This document shows positions 1 through 10,439 of a DNA stretch of 64,000 bases, one piece after another (the first letter of the stretch is position 1; each line of letters starts with the position of its first letter). The DNA comes from Candidatus Microgenomatus sp. Lineage in GTDB: Bacteria > Patescibacteriota > Minisyncoccia > UBA6257 > GWB1-50-10. The stretch is taken from contig DYGI01000001.1 in the NCBI GenBank assembly GCA_020724805.1, forward strand, positions 303,157 to 367,156, written 5' to 3'. Under the pieces are notes generated by a model. The model worked only from the letters and a program-made list of their open reading frames with translations. It was not told where the DNA came from and ran no database searches. The position numbers and the translations under genes are program-made.

Positions 1-84
1 AAGGAGAGGTATCACAAAGAAGCGCGCGCGCTTGCGGCGCGTGCGCGGGCCATGAAGCGCGAACGGCGCATCGCGGCCGTATAA
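1..84 (+). CDS. 3' end of a basic protein truncated by the window edge (possibly bS21)
   Basis: Frame 1 reads KERYHKEARALAARARAMKRERRIAAV*, followed by a hairpin; rpsU often precedes dnaG-rpoD, but the fragment is too short to identify. Confidence 0.3.
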   Translation, partial: KERYHKEARALAARARAMKRERRIAAV

Positions 85-91
85 CGCCGCA

Positions 92-126
92 CAAAGGGGC
101 ATCTTCGGGTGCCCCTTGCTTTTTTC
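92..126 (+). terminator. Intrinsic terminator
   Basis: AAGGGGCATC-TTCG-GGTGCCCCTT stem followed by a T run. Confidence 0.7.
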
Positions 127-264
127 TCTGGGGTATGGTATGCTCCCGTTGTCTCGTAATATGAGCACTCCAAAGTAGTGCGCGGTCGAACGAGAGAAGT
201 AAGTTAAAAGATTGCTTGAAGCGCGCAGAATCTCTTAGGTTCGACCGCGTAGAAGGCAGAAGTA

Positions 265-579
265 ATGGCGAAACGACTTTATGTAGGGAACCTGCCCTAC
301 TCGACGAACGAGTCCGAACTCAAGGACATGTTCTCGGCGGCAGGGACCGTGTCGTCCGCCACCGTCATCACCGACAAGTTCTCGGGCCGTTCAAAGGGCT
401 TCGGGTTTGTCGAGATGTCGTCCGACGCTGAAGCTGATGCCGCCATTGAGAAATTCAATGGGCAGGACATCGGCGGTCGGAAGCTTACGGTCAACGAAGC
501 TCGCCCCCGCGAGGAAGGTGGTTCGCGCGGCGGCTTCGGTGGTGGCCGTGGGTTCGGTGGTGGATACGACCGGGGTTAA
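265..579 (+). CDS. RRM-domain RNA-binding protein with Gly-rich tail
   Basis: RNP2 LYVGNL, RNP1 KGFGFVEM, RGG/GGF tail. Confidence 0.95.
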   Translation: MAKRLYVGNLPYSTNESELKDMFSAAGTVSSATVITDKFSGRSKGFGFVEMSSDAEADAAIEKFNGQDIGGRKLTVNEARPREEGGSRGGFGGGRGFGGGYDRG

Positions 580-594
580 TTTAACCTCTACCCA

Positions 595-630
595 ATCCGC
601 CCCTCTTTACGAGGGGCGGGTTTGTTTTTT
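595..630 (+). terminator. Intrinsic terminator
   Basis: CCGCCCCTC-TTTAC-GAGGGGCGG followed by a T run. Confidence 0.75.
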
Positions 631-658
631 GCACGGGTACGGCGGTACACTGTGAGCA

Positions 659-2350
659 ATGACACGTGACGTAGATCGCCTGAAGGAACGATTGGATGTT
701 GTGGATATAATCCGCGGCTATCTTACGCTTCAACCCGCGGGAAAGAATTTCAAAGCGCTCTGCCCGTTCCATCCCGAAAAAACACCCTCGTTCATCGTGT
801 CGCCGGACCGCAAGTCCTGGCACTGTTTCGGGTGTGGTGCGGGAGGTGACACCATTGCGTTCGTGATGCGTTACGAAAACATGGAGTTTCCGGAAGCGCT
901 CAAGTTCCTCGCGGACAAAGTGGGACTTACGCTCCAATCGTTGAACCCTGCGCACGAACGTGAATTCGGAGTGCTCTATACACTCCATGAAGAAGCGCGT
1001 GCATTCTATGAATATGCGCTTACCGAATCTACCGAGGCGAAAGAATATTTGAAATCACGTGGCCTGAAAGGGGAAACCGCAAAACTTTTCGGTCTCGGAT
1101 TCGCGCCGGGCGGGGAAACACTCACACTGCATCTGATCAAAAAAGGATTTGCGGTGGAGGATATTGTGCGCGCGGGGCTCGCGATGAAAGCCGGCGGACT
1201 TCACCGCGATCGCTTTGAAAACCGCGTGATGTTCCCGCTCATGAATTCAGTGGGGCGCGTGGTAGGGTTCACTGGCCGCATTCTCCCTTCGGGCGACCGA
1301 GAGGGGGTGGGGAAATATGTGAATAGTCCCGAAACCCCGATTTTCTCCAAATCCCGGGTACTCTACGGTCTTCATGCGACGAAACGTGATATTGCGACCG
1401 CGCGCGAGGTGGTGTTTGTGGAGGGCCAAATGGATCTCCTCATGAGCTATCAAGCGGACGTGAAAAATGTGGTCGCGGTTTCAGGAACCGCGCTCACCGC
1501 CCATCATTTGGAACGCTTACGGCGCATCGCGGATTCCGTCGTGCTTTCGTTCGATAACGATGAGGCGGGACTTCACGCCTTGGAGCGCGCGATGGACATG
1601 TTCCACGCGTTCGACTTTCACGTGAAAGCAATGGACCTCGGTGATGTGAAGGACCCCGCGGAGCTTGCGGTAAAAGACCCCGCGAAACTTCGCGAAGCGG
1701 TGAAATCCGCAGCGCCCGCGTTTCGCATGCTTTTCCGTCACTATTTTTCGGGGGACCACACGCGCGATACTGCGGGAATGAAGCGTATACTTCGCGCGCT
1801 CCTTGCAAAAGTGAAGCGACTCCCGAGCGCCGTAGAGCAGATGGCGACTGTGCGCGAACTTGCCGCAATTTCGCATGTTCCGGAAACCGCATTACTCGAA
1901 GAACTCGAGTCGCTCCCAATGGATGCGAAGCCGGAGCCTGTGGTGGCGGATTTGCCGCCGGAACGTGTTGCGGAAGGACGGCTCGAAATGGTGGCAAACC
2001 GTCTCGGGGTGGTCGGCTTTACGGATTCCCCGCTAATTGCTAAACTCAAGGAAATAAAAGAATGGCTTCCGGACCACGTATGCCGGGCCATTGAAGAACC
2101 GGCTTCCCAGTCGGCACAAGCGTTCGAAATGCAAGCATCTTTTATAGCCGCGCGTTTCCCAAAGGATGCGCTCGAACGTGAATTCGGTGAATTGGTTCGC
2201 CAGTTGAAGATTGCGGTCATCAAGCGACGTCAGGAAAGCGCGCGCCGCGATGTGCGGCTTGCGGAGACCCGCGGTGATGAAAAAGTACTTGAGGAGGCGA
2301 TGAAACAATTCCAGTCGCTCGCCTCCGAGCTCCACATACTCTCGGCATAA
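659..2350 (+). CDS. dnaG: DNA primase
   Basis: CPFH..CFGC Zn finger, KYVNSPET, Toprim VEGQMD and FDND. Confidence 0.97.
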   Translation: MTRDVDRLKERLDVVDIIRGYLTLQPAGKNFKALCPFHPEKTPSFIVSPDRKSWHCFGCGAGGDTIAFVMRYENMEFPEALKFLADKVGLTLQSLNPAHEREFGVLYTLHEEARAFYEYALTESTEAKEYLKSRGLKGETAKLFGLGFAPGGETLTLHLIKKGFAVEDIVRAGLAMKAGGLHRDRFENRVMFPLMNSVGRVVGFTGRILPSGDREGVGKYVNSPETPIFSKSRVLYGLHATKRDIATAREVVFVEGQMDLLMSYQADVKNVVAVSGTALTAHHLERLRRIADSVVLSFDNDEAGLHALERAMDMFHAFDFHVKAMDLGDVKDPAELAVKDPAKLREAVKSAAPAFRMLFRHYFSGDHTRDTAGMKRILRALLAKVKRLPSAVEQMATVRELAAISHVPETALLEELESLPMDAKPEPVVADLPPERVAEGRLEMVANRLGVVGFTDSPLIAKLKEIKEWLPDHVCRAIEEPASQSAQAFEMQASFIAARFPKDALEREFGELVRQLKIAVIKRRQESARRDVRLAETRGDEKVLEEAMKQFQSLASELHILSA

Positions 2351-2356
2351 AAGCGC

Positions 2357-3583
2357 ATGAAGAAAAAAACATCGAAGAAAAAGAAAATAGCGAAGCGAAC
2401 GAAACCACGTCGCGTGAAGCGGGCGGGAGGAAAAAGGAAAAATGCCACGAAACGCGTACCCGCGAAAAAGAGCGCAAAAAAATCGAAAAGAATACCTCCC
2501 GAGGTGGTGAAGGAATATGAGGTGCACCTGAATGAACTCGTACGGCGTGGTCGTGGGCGCGGGTTTGTCACCGATGCGGAGGTTTTGAACTATTTCCCGA
2601 ACATCGAGCGCTATTTGGGTTTCCTGGAGCAGGTATATGACCGGCTCGATAAAGAAGGTATCAAAGTGCAGGAACCCACGGGGCTTGTGGGAAAGAAGGA
2701 CCGCGATGAAGTGAGTTTGGAAGAACTGCGACGTGCGACCGATGCTGAGGATACCCTTCCCGACGCGGTGCAGATGTACCTCAAAGAAATCGGAAAGACG
2801 CCCCTGCTTACCTCAAAAGAGGAAAAGGAATTAGCCAAGCGTATCGAGGCGGGTGACGAAACCGCGCGCCAAAAACTTATCCAAGCCAACCTCCGGCTCG
2901 TGGTTTCCATCGCGAAACGTTATGTGAATCGCTCGCCCCATCTTTCCATTCTTGACCTCGTGCAGGAGGGGAACATCGGGCTTTCCCGCGCGGTGGATAA
3001 ATTCGATTACCGGAAGGGTTTTAAATTTTCCACGTACGCGACGTGGTGGATACGCCAGGCGGTGACGCGCGCCTTAGCCGACTATTCGCGCACCATCCGT
3101 ATCCCGGTGCACATGGTGGAGACCATCACGAAGTATACGCAAACGAAGCGGCGTTTAATGCAGGAACTGGGCCGCGAACCGTTACCGGAGGAAATTGCGG
3201 CGGAACTTGGCGTTGACGTGGAAAAGGTCCATTACATTCAGAAGATCTCGCAAGAGGTTATCTCTCTCGAGACCCCCATCGGTGACGATGATGACGACTC
3301 GGTGCTTTCGGACTTTATCCCCGACGAGCGCGGGATGACGCCGGATCAACTCGCTTCGCATGCGCTGCTCCGCGACCAAATAAAAGAAATTCTCGCGGAT
3401 CTCACTGAGCGTGAACGGAAAATTCTCTCCATGCGTTTTGGACTTGAAGATAATATTCCACACACATTGGAAGAGGTGGGAAAGATATTCGGCGTCACGC
3501 GCGAACGTATCCGGCAGATTGAAGCGAAAGCGCTTGAAAAGATACGGAGCCATTCCAAGGTTAAAAAGCTGGAAGGATATTAA
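2357..3583 (+). CDS. rpoD: Primary sigma-70 factor with Lys-rich N-terminus
   Basis: [24 protein letters not shown], region 4 [16 protein letters not shown]; follows dnaG. Confidence 0.95.
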   Translation: MKKKTSKKKKIAKRTKPRRVKRAGGKRKNATKRVPAKKSAKKSKRIPPEVVKEYEVHLNELVRRGRGRGFVTDAEVLNYFPNIERYLGFLEQVYDRLDKEGIKVQEPTGLVGKKDRDEVSLEELRRATDAEDTLPDAVQMYLKEIGKTPLLTSKEEKELAKRIEAGDETARQKLIQANLRLVVSIAKRYVNRSPHLSILDLVQEGNIGLSRAVDKFDYRKGFKFSTYATWWIRQAVTRALADYSRTIRIPVHMVETITKYTQTKRRLMQELGREPLPEEIAAELGVDVEKVHYIQKISQEVISLETPIGDDDDDSVLSDFIPDERGMTPDQLASHALLRDQIKEILADLTERERKILSMRFGLEDNIPHTLEEVGKIFGVTRERIRQIEAKALEKIRSHSKVKKLEGY

Positions 3584-5331
3584 TGACGGGGAGCGACATT
3601 CGAAAAAAATTCCTGGATTATTTCAAAGAGAACGGCCACACGGTGGTGCGTTCTTCATCGCTTGTGCCGGACGACCCTTCGGTGCTTTTGACCACTGCGG
3701 GGATGCAGCAGTTCAAGCGGTACTATACCGGGGAGCTTGATGCGATGAAGGATTTCGGCGCGAAGAGCACCGCATCGGTGCAGAAGAGTTTTCGCACTTC
3801 CGACATTGACGAAGTGGGAGATGAGTCGCACCTCACATTCTTTGAAATGCTCGGGAATTTCTCGTTTGGCGGCTATTTCAAGGAAGAGGCAATCAAGTAC
3901 GGATATGAGTTCATCACGAAGGTGATGGGTCTCCCGATAGATTATGTTTCGGTGTTTGATCCCGAGCAGGTACGCGAGGGAGATTGGCGCAAGGGGGTGC
4001 CGCGCGACGACGAATCGCGCGCCATTTGGGAGAAGATTGGTGTGAAGGATATTCGCGCGGAGGGCGTGGATGTCTTTTGGGGTCCTACCGGGAGCGAAGG
4101 CCCGTGTGGCCCTACCACCGAGATTTATGTGAAGAGTGCCGAGGGAAAGAGCTTGGAGGTGTGGAACATCGTGTTCAACGAATTCTATCGTGATCCGGCG
4201 ATGAAACTGACAAAGCTCAAAACGCCGGGAGTAGACACGGGGATGGGACTCGAGCGTCTCGCGATGGTATCGCAGCGGACGCCAACCATCTTCGAGACGG
4301 ATCTGTTTGCGCCGCTCATGAAGCTTTTACCGGGGAATCTTTCCGAGCGTACGCGGCGCATTCTCGCCGACCACGTGCGCGGCATCGCATTCCTTCTTTC
4401 CGATGGGGTACGCCCGTCGAACAAAGAAGCGGGATACGTGCTTCGGCGCTTGATGCGCCGCTTGGTGACCCACCTCCATTTGGCAGGGAACCCCGTGGAC
4501 CCCGCGCATCTTTTTGCCGAGGTGAACGAGCACTACGAAAAATTCTATCCGGAGCTCAATGCCGAGATAATATTGGAGGAATGGAATGCCGAGCGCGCAC
4601 GATTTGAAAAAACGCTTTCGGTGGGACTCCGTGAGCTTTCGAAGATCGATTCGCTGGATGCGAAGGGCGCGTTCATGCTTTTTGAAAGCTGCGGGCTCCC
4701 GTACGAGGTCCTGAAAGAATTGGGCGGTACAAAAGCGTCGAAACTTGCGCGCGAGGAGTTTGATAAAGAGTTCGAAAAGCATCAGGAAATATCTCGCGCC
4801 GGTGCGGTGAAGAAATTCGGTGGTCATGGACTGATTTTGGACACGGGCGAGTTGAAGGCGGGGAGTGAAGAAGAGCTCAAAAAAGTAACGCGGCTCCACA
4901 CCGCAACTCACCTTCTTCAGCGTGCGCTTCGCGAAGTGCTGGGGTCTGAGGTCTCACAGAGAGGGTCCGATATCACACCCGAGCGCACTCGTTTTGACTT
5001 TTCGTTCCCGCGGAAAGTGGAGAAAGAGGAATTGCGACAGGTGGAGGAGTTGGTGAACGAAAAAATAAAAGAGGACCTCCCCGTGCAATTCAAGGAGATG
5101 CCGAAGGAAGAAGCGGAAAAGACCGGCGCGCTCTATTTCTTCAAGGAAAAATACCCCGATCGCGTGAAGGTCTACTTCGTGGGGCGCTCTCTTGAGAACG
5201 CATGGAGCAAAGAATTCTGTGGGGGTCCGCACGTCACCCATACGGGTGAGATCGGACGTGTGAAGATAGCAAAAGAAGAGGCGGTTGGCGCCGGTGTTCG
5301 CCGCATTCGCGCGACACTTGAAGCGGCATAA
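3583..5331 (+). CDS. alaS: Alanine--tRNA ligase, compact form lacking C-Ala
   Basis: TTAGMQQFK, TFFEMLGNFSFG, DTGMGLER, HTATHLL and CGGPH editing motifs. Confidence 0.96.
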   Translation: MTGSDIRKKFLDYFKENGHTVVRSSSLVPDDPSVLLTTAGMQQFKRYYTGELDAMKDFGAKSTASVQKSFRTSDIDEVGDESHLTFFEMLGNFSFGGYFKEEAIKYGYEFITKVMGLPIDYVSVFDPEQVREGDWRKGVPRDDESRAIWEKIGVKDIRAEGVDVFWGPTGSEGPCGPTTEIYVKSAEGKSLEVWNIVFNEFYRDPAMKLTKLKTPGVDTGMGLERLAMVSQRTPTIFETDLFAPLMKLLPGNLSERTRRILADHVRGIAFLLSDGVRPSNKEAGYVLRRLMRRLVTHLHLAGNPVDPAHLFAEVNEHYEKFYPELNAEIILEEWNAERARFEKTLSVGLRELSKIDSLDAKGAFMLFESCGLPYEVLKELGGTKASKLAREEFDKEFEKHQEISRAGAVKKFGGHGLILDTGELKAGSEEELKKVTRLHTATHLLQRALREVLGSEVSQRGSDITPERTRFDFSFPRKVEKEELRQVEELVNEKIKEDLPVQFKEMPKEEAEKTGALYFFKEKYPDRVKVYFVGRSLENAWSKEFCGGPHVTHTGEIGRVKIAKEEAVGAGVRRIRATLEAA

Positions 5332-5347
5332 AGGTATAATGAGAGCA

Positions 5348-7234
5348 ATGGAAGACGCTCCGGAAAAGAACGTGGCGTACTTTGGCCGCGTTGACTTTCG
5401 AAATCAAAATAGACTTTTTGGCATCAAACGCGCCGATCGACGGCAGCATATGTACGTCATCGGAAAGACCGGGACGGGCAAAAGCGCGATGCTTCACAAC
5501 CTTATCATTCAGGACATCGCGAACGGTGAGGGTGTGTGTGTGGTGGACCCGCACGGCGAGCTCATTGAAAGCATTGTGCAGAAAATACCGAGAGAGCGGG
5601 TAAAAGACGTGGTGTATTTCAACCCGGCCGACAGCGAGCACCCGATGGGGTTCAACGTGCTTGAGCTCCCCGACCCGAAATACAAACACCTCGTAGCGTC
5701 GGGGCTCATGGGCATTTTCACGAAAATATGGGCGGGCACATGGTCCGCCCGTATGGAATACATCCTGAACAACGCGGTGTTGGCGCTTCTCGATACGCCG
5801 GGAAGCACGCTCCTCGGCATCAGCCGCATCCTTGTCGACAAGGAATATCGTCAGCAGATTCTTGCGAACGTGAAAGATCCGGTGGTTCGTTCGTTTTGGC
5901 TGAATGAATATGAGGAGTGGCGCGACCAGTTCAGGAACGAGGCCATCGCGCCTATTCAGAACAAGGTGGGCCAATTTCTCTCGACCGCAATGATACGCAA
6001 TGTCGTTGGGCAGCCGCAGAGCACCATCGACATTTTCAAAATAATGAACGAGGGGAAGATATTCCTCGTGAATGTGTCGAAGGGGCGCATTGGTGAGGAT
6101 AATTCGGCGCTCTTGGGCGCCATGCTCATTACGAAGATCCAGCTCGCGGCAATGGAACGGGTGCGCATTCCTGAGGATGAGCGCGTGGATTTCTATCTCT
6201 ATGTGGATGAATTTCAAAACTTTGCGACCGATTCGTTCGCGAGCATCCTTTCCGAAGCGCGAAAATATCGTTTGAACCTCATTTTGGCGCATCAATATAT
6301 CGGTCAACTCGTGACGGACGTTTCGACCAAAGTTCGCGACGCCGTATTCGGCAACGTGGGAACGATGGTGGTATTTCGCGTGGGGGCGGCGGACGCGGAA
6401 TTTTTGGAACAGGAATTCACGCCGGAACTTACGCAGGAGGACATAGTAAATCTTCCGAATTACACCATCTACATAAAACTTATGGTGGATGGAGTGACCT
6501 CTCGGCCGTTCTCGGCGCGCACGCTTCCTCCTTTTCGAGTTGAGTCGTCGGCACGCATGGAGGTAGAGGTGACAGAAGAGTCGCGTAAGCGTTATGCAAA
6601 ACCCCGCTATATTGTGGAGGATGAAATATCGCGGTGGGCGGGCGGCATTATGGGGGGAGGCACCTCGGTTTCCGGGAATGAGGGCCACGTAGCTTCGGCG
6701 CCAAGCGGAGAAGGAAAATTCGAGACCACGTGTTCTTCGTGCGGAAAGAACACCACCGTTCCCTTTAAACCGCTTCCGGGGAGGCCCGTGTATTGCCAGG
6801 ATTGTCTTAAAAAAATTAAGGCGGGCGAATTGGCGCCGGTACGGGTACCGCGCGCGCCTTCGGTGCGTGAAGAAGCGGGTCACATGAGCGATCTCGCGAA
6901 GCTTGGCATAGAATTTGGCGGGCGTAGCGGCATTCCGGTGCCACGCCCCTCTGCGGCGCCACGCGAAGAAAAACCGCGCGCACCCGCAAAGAAGGAACCG
7001 CGCGTGTCCGAAAAACCGGCTGGAGGAATGTTGAATCGGCGTGCTACCATACTCCGCGATGAGCGCGCGACGTCGACAATGGATACGGAAGAACAGAAGG
7101 AGCATGAACTTCGGTTGAGTGAGCTACAACCTTCGCTTCCCAAGGAAACAAAGAAGCCGTCGTGGGACGACGGCGAGCCGGACATCAAGGGTTTGCAAGA
7201 CGCCCTCCGCGACGCACTCGGCAAATTAAAGTAG
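5348..7234 (+). CDS. TraG/VirD4/HerA-like P-loop ATPase with C-terminal CxxC-x17-CxxC domain
   Basis: Walker A GKTGTGKS, Walker B LYVDEFQN, SEARKY, CSSC..PGRPVYCQDC. Confidence 0.85.
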   Translation: MEDAPEKNVAYFGRVDFRNQNRLFGIKRADRRQHMYVIGKTGTGKSAMLHNLIIQDIANGEGVCVVDPHGELIESIVQKIPRERVKDVVYFNPADSEHPMGFNVLELPDPKYKHLVASGLMGIFTKIWAGTWSARMEYILNNAVLALLDTPGSTLLGISRILVDKEYRQQILANVKDPVVRSFWLNEYEEWRDQFRNEAIAPIQNKVGQFLSTAMIRNVVGQPQSTIDIFKIMNEGKIFLVNVSKGRIGEDNSALLGAMLITKIQLAAMERVRIPEDERVDFYLYVDEFQNFATDSFASILSEARKYRLNLILAHQYIGQLVTDVSTKVRDAVFGNVGTMVVFRVGAADAEFLEQEFTPELTQEDIVNLPNYTIYIKLMVDGVTSRPFSARTLPPFRVESSARMEVEVTEESRKRYAKPRYIVEDEISRWAGGIMGGGTSVSGNEGHVASAPSGEGKFETTCSSCGKNTTVPFKPLPGRPVYCQDCLKKIKAGELAPVRVPRAPSVREEAGHMSDLAKLGIEFGGRSGIPVPRPSAAPREEKPRAPAKKEPRVSEKPAGGMLNRRATILRDERATSTMDTEEQKEHELRLSELQPSLPKETKKPSWDDGEPDIKGLQDALRDALGKLK

Positions 7235-7237
7235 TAA

Positions 7238-7277
7238 CAAAAAAATCGTCCTGAGTTTATCGAAGGGCGGTTTTTTC
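7238..7277. terminator. Bidirectional terminator containing a REP-like motif
   Basis: A run, ATCGTCCT..AGGGCGGT stem, T run between convergent genes. Confidence 0.65.
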
Positions 7278-7278
7278 T

Positions 7279-7854
7279 TTATGCCTTTTCTACGCGCTCC
7301 ACATAATCCCCGGACTCCGTGTTGATGCGAACAACATCTCCTTCACCGATAAAAAGGGGAACGTTCACGGTAGCTCCCGTTTCAAGTGTTACCGTTTTGG
7401 TTCCACCAGTCGCGGTATCTCCTTTCACGGCCGGGGGCGCCTCAGTGACCTTGAGGTCCACTTTCGGGGGAAGTTCGATATTGATGACTTTCTCGCCGAA
7501 TTTATACGCTTTCACTTCGGTGTTGGCTTTTATCAAGTGTCCGGCATCACCCATAATATCGTCGGTAAGTTTGAAACGCGCGGAGGGTTTTCCCTTCTCA
7601 TGGAACCAATATTCTCCGTTCCGGTGATAAATGAAATTTACCGGCACCACATCGATTTCCACTTCTTCGAAACTCTCGTTCTGGTGTGCGGTGACAGGCA
7701 GTACCTTGCCCGAAATGAGGTTTTTTATCTTGAGCTGTGCCACCGGCTTGCGCTGTTGCATCCGGATGAACGCGTATTCCAGAACCTTGTAAGGGTCCGG
7801 GTCTCCCGCGCGCGTGAAAATGGTACCCACCTTGAGTTCGTTATAGGAAAGCAT
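7279..7854 (-). CDS. efp: Elongation factor P
   Basis: C-terminal KGDTATGGTK..LETGA.VNVPLFI..GD.VRINT. Confidence 0.93.
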   Translation of the reverse strand: MLSYNELKVGTIFTRAGDPDPYKVLEYAFIRMQQRKPVAQLKIKNLISGKVLPVTAHQNESFEEVEIDVVPVNFIYHRNGEYWFHEKGKPSARFKLTDDIMGDAGHLIKANTEVKAYKFGEKVINIELPPKVDLKVTEAPPAVKGDTATGGTKTVTLETGATVNVPLFIGEGDVVRINTESGDYVERVEKA

Positions 7855-7903
7855 TGCTCGTAGATTCTATTGAAGGAAATGCGTTTTTGCAAGTATTATT
7901 GCG

Positions 7904-8974
7904 ATGATGGTGCGCGCAAATAAAAAGGTATTTGTGGGGATGTCCGGCGGCGTCGATTCTTCCGTCGCGGCGTTGCGGTTGAAGAAAAAAGGATACGACG
8001 TCACGGGCGTTTTCATGCGTTGCTACAACATCGACGGATGCGCGGAGCGCGACGCCGAGGATGCGCGCCGCGTGGCGGAGCACATCGGAATTCCTTTCTA
8101 TGTATTTGATTTCGAGGAGGAATACAAAAAGCGCGTGGTGGCATATATGGTGGAAGGATATCGCGCGGGGCTCACGCCGAACCCGGACGTGATGTGCAAT
8201 CGCGAGATAAAGTTCGGTTTGTTTTTTAAGAAAGCGATGGCGCTTGGTGCGGACTATGTGGCTACCGGTCATTATGCGCGCGTGAAAAAGGTAGGAAGCG
8301 AATACACGCTTTTCGCGGGGAATGACCCGAACAAGGACCAGTCGTACTTTTTATGGACGCTTACACAAAAAGAGCTTGCGCGTACTCTTTTCCCGGTCGG
8401 TGATCTTTTGAAATCAGAGGTGCGTGCGATTGCGAAAAAGGCAGGGCTCCCGACCGCGGAGAAAAAGGATTCGCAGGGAATCTGTTTTTTGGGCGATGTG
8501 TCGCTCATGGATTTCCTCGCGAAATATCTCCCGCACGAACGCGGCGCGGTGTTCAATATTGAGGGAGAAAAGATAGGGGAGCATGAAGGCGCACATTTCT
8601 ACACCATTGGTCAGCGACACATTGGCGTGGCTGTTTCCACCAAAGGCGGCGCGACGAAGCGCCACTATGTGGTGAAAAAGGACGTGGCGACGAATATGGT
8701 GATAGTTGCGGAAGGCGCAGAACACCCTGCGCTCTATCGGGGAAAACTTGTGCTTACAGACATGAATTTCATTCGTCCGGTTGCGCTTTCAAAGCCGCTC
8801 ATGGTCTTTGCGCGTGTTCGCTATCGGCAGCCGCTTTCACCAGCGACGCTTTCGCGCGATGAAAAGCACTACACGCTTACATTCACCGAGCGACAGAAAT
8901 TTGTCGCCCCTGGCCAATCCGCGGTGTTTTACACGGAAAGAGGTGAAATGTTGGGTGGCGGAGTGATTGTATAA
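7904..8974 (+). CDS. mnmA: tRNA 2-thiouridine(34) synthase
   Basis: SGGVDSS PP-loop, TPNPDVMCN, ATGHYA, KDQSYFL, DSQGICF. Confidence 0.96.
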   Translation: MMVRANKKVFVGMSGGVDSSVAALRLKKKGYDVTGVFMRCYNIDGCAERDAEDARRVAEHIGIPFYVFDFEEEYKKRVVAYMVEGYRAGLTPNPDVMCNREIKFGLFFKKAMALGADYVATGHYARVKKVGSEYTLFAGNDPNKDQSYFLWTLTQKELARTLFPVGDLLKSEVRAIAKKAGLPTAEKKDSQGICFLGDVSLMDFLAKYLPHERGAVFNIEGEKIGEHEGAHFYTIGQRHIGVAVSTKGGATKRHYVVKKDVATNMVIVAEGAEHPALYRGKLVLTDMNFIRPVALSKPLMVFARVRYRQPLSPATLSRDEKHYTLTFTERQKFVAPGQSAVFYTERGEMLGGGVIV

Positions 8975-8981
8975 TTGGGAA

Positions 8982-10439
8982 ATGCGGGCACACGACGTGT
9001 TTTTCCTTGGAGCTCTTTTCTTTCTTCTTGGGGTGCTTGCGGCGAGCATGGGGTTATCGATGTGGCCGTGGGTACTGGGCGGAATCGCGATGGCGCTTCT
9101 CGCGCGATGGCGGCATGGGCGGGGGTGGAAATTTACTCGCTGGAACCAAAACGGGTGGCTCATGGTAGCCGCTCTTTTGTTTTTTATGCCGGTGGGAGCA
9201 TTTTATTATACGGTTGACGATGCGCGTTTTACTCGTGTACCGCTCCCCGAGGGAGAGAAAACGTTCAATGCAGAAGTGGTTTCACTTCCCATCACGCGCG
9301 AAGGCGTTCAAGAACTCATTTTCCAAATTGAAAACCCCAAACTTCGTGTACTTGCGAAGCTCCCACCTTATCCGGCGTTTTCTTATGGAGCGCGCGTGAT
9401 GTTTTCTGGATCGATTGAGAAACCGCTTTCAGATTCATACCGAGAATATCTTGCGAAGGAGCGGGTGCGTGGCATAGTCGCATATCCGAATATCGTGGCA
9501 CATGAAGTGGGGACATTTTCGCTCCGTGGTGTGCTCTATGCGCTTCGCGAGGAAATCGTGGGCGCATTTCGCAATACGCTTCCCGCGAAAGAAGCGGCGC
9601 TCATGGCGGGCATTGCGGTTGGAGCGCGAGAAGATTTTTCGGAAGAATTTCGCAACGCGATGGCGGAGAGCGGTACCACCCATCTCGTCGCACTTTCGGG
9701 CTACAACATAATGGTGGTTGTTACGGTTGCCATGACGCTTTTTCTTACTTTCTTTTCGCGCCGCCTCGCGTTTTTTGCGACTTTAGGGGTAGTGTGCGCG
9801 TTCGTTCTTATGACCGGCGCGGAAGCTTCCGTGGTAAGAGCGGCGGTGATGGGAGGAGTGGCGCTCCTCGCGCGCTTTATGGGACAGCGCATGGACGTGC
9901 GGAACGCGATACTTTTCGCGGCGCTTATCATGGTGTTTGTGAACCCTAAAGTGCTTGTATTTGACTTAGGTTTCCAACTTTCCTTCCTTGCGCTTATCGG
10001 CATCGTATACCTAAAACCAGCATTTGATCGGATTCTTGGGTGGGAAAATAAAAGCGAAATTTTCTCGTGGCGCGAGAATCTCACCACGACCGCCGCGGCC
10101 CAATGTGCGGTTGCCCCACTCCTGATTCACACATTTGGGAGTGTGAGCATTTCTTCGCTTGCGGCCAATGTGCTGATTTTGGAGGTTGTTCCGCTTACCA
10201 TGGGACTTGGATTTATACTCGCGGCGCTTTCGTTCGTTTCAATATTTCTCGCACAGATAGTCGCGTTTTTTGCATTTATCTTCCTTAAATTTCAAACGTT
10301 CATGATAGAACTATTCGCGGCGCTTGCGTTTCCTATTGGCGCCGCGCTCTCTGCGCTCGCCGTGACGTGTTATTACGGCGTACTTGTGTTGGTGATATAT
10401 CTCGCCAAACAAAGAACAAATACACCACGGTATGCGTAA
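8982..10439 (+). CDS. comEC: ComEC/Rec2 competence channel, membrane domain
   Basis: GTTHLVALSGYN, SVVRAAVM, GFQLSFLA. Confidence 0.9.
   Translation: MRAHDVFFLGALFFLLGVLAASMGLSMWPWVLGGIAMALLARWRHGRGWKFTRWNQNGWLMVAALLFFMPVGAFYYTVDDARFTRVPLPEGEKTFNAEVVSLPITREGVQELIFQIENPKLRVLAKLPPYPAFSYGARVMFSGSIEKPLSDSYREYLAKERVRGIVAYPNIVAHEVGTFSLRGVLYALREEIVGAFRNTLPAKEAALMAGIAVGAREDFSEEFRNAMAESGTTHLVALSGYNIMVVVTVAMTLFLTFFSRRLAFFATLGVVCAFVLMTGAEASVVRAAVMGGVALLARFMGQRMDVRNAILFAALIMVFVNPKVLVFDLGFQLSFLALIGIVYLKPAFDRILGWENKSEIFSWRENLTTTAAAQCAVAPLLIHTFGSVSISSLAANVLILEVVPLTMGLGFILAALSFVSIFLAQIVAFFAFIFLKFQTFMIELFAALAFPIGAALSALAVTCYYGVLVLVIYLAKQRTNTPRYA

Noticed and set aside
5234-7105. 623-aa minus-strand ORF
   Set aside because: Antisense shadow of the ATPase gene with no recognisable motifs
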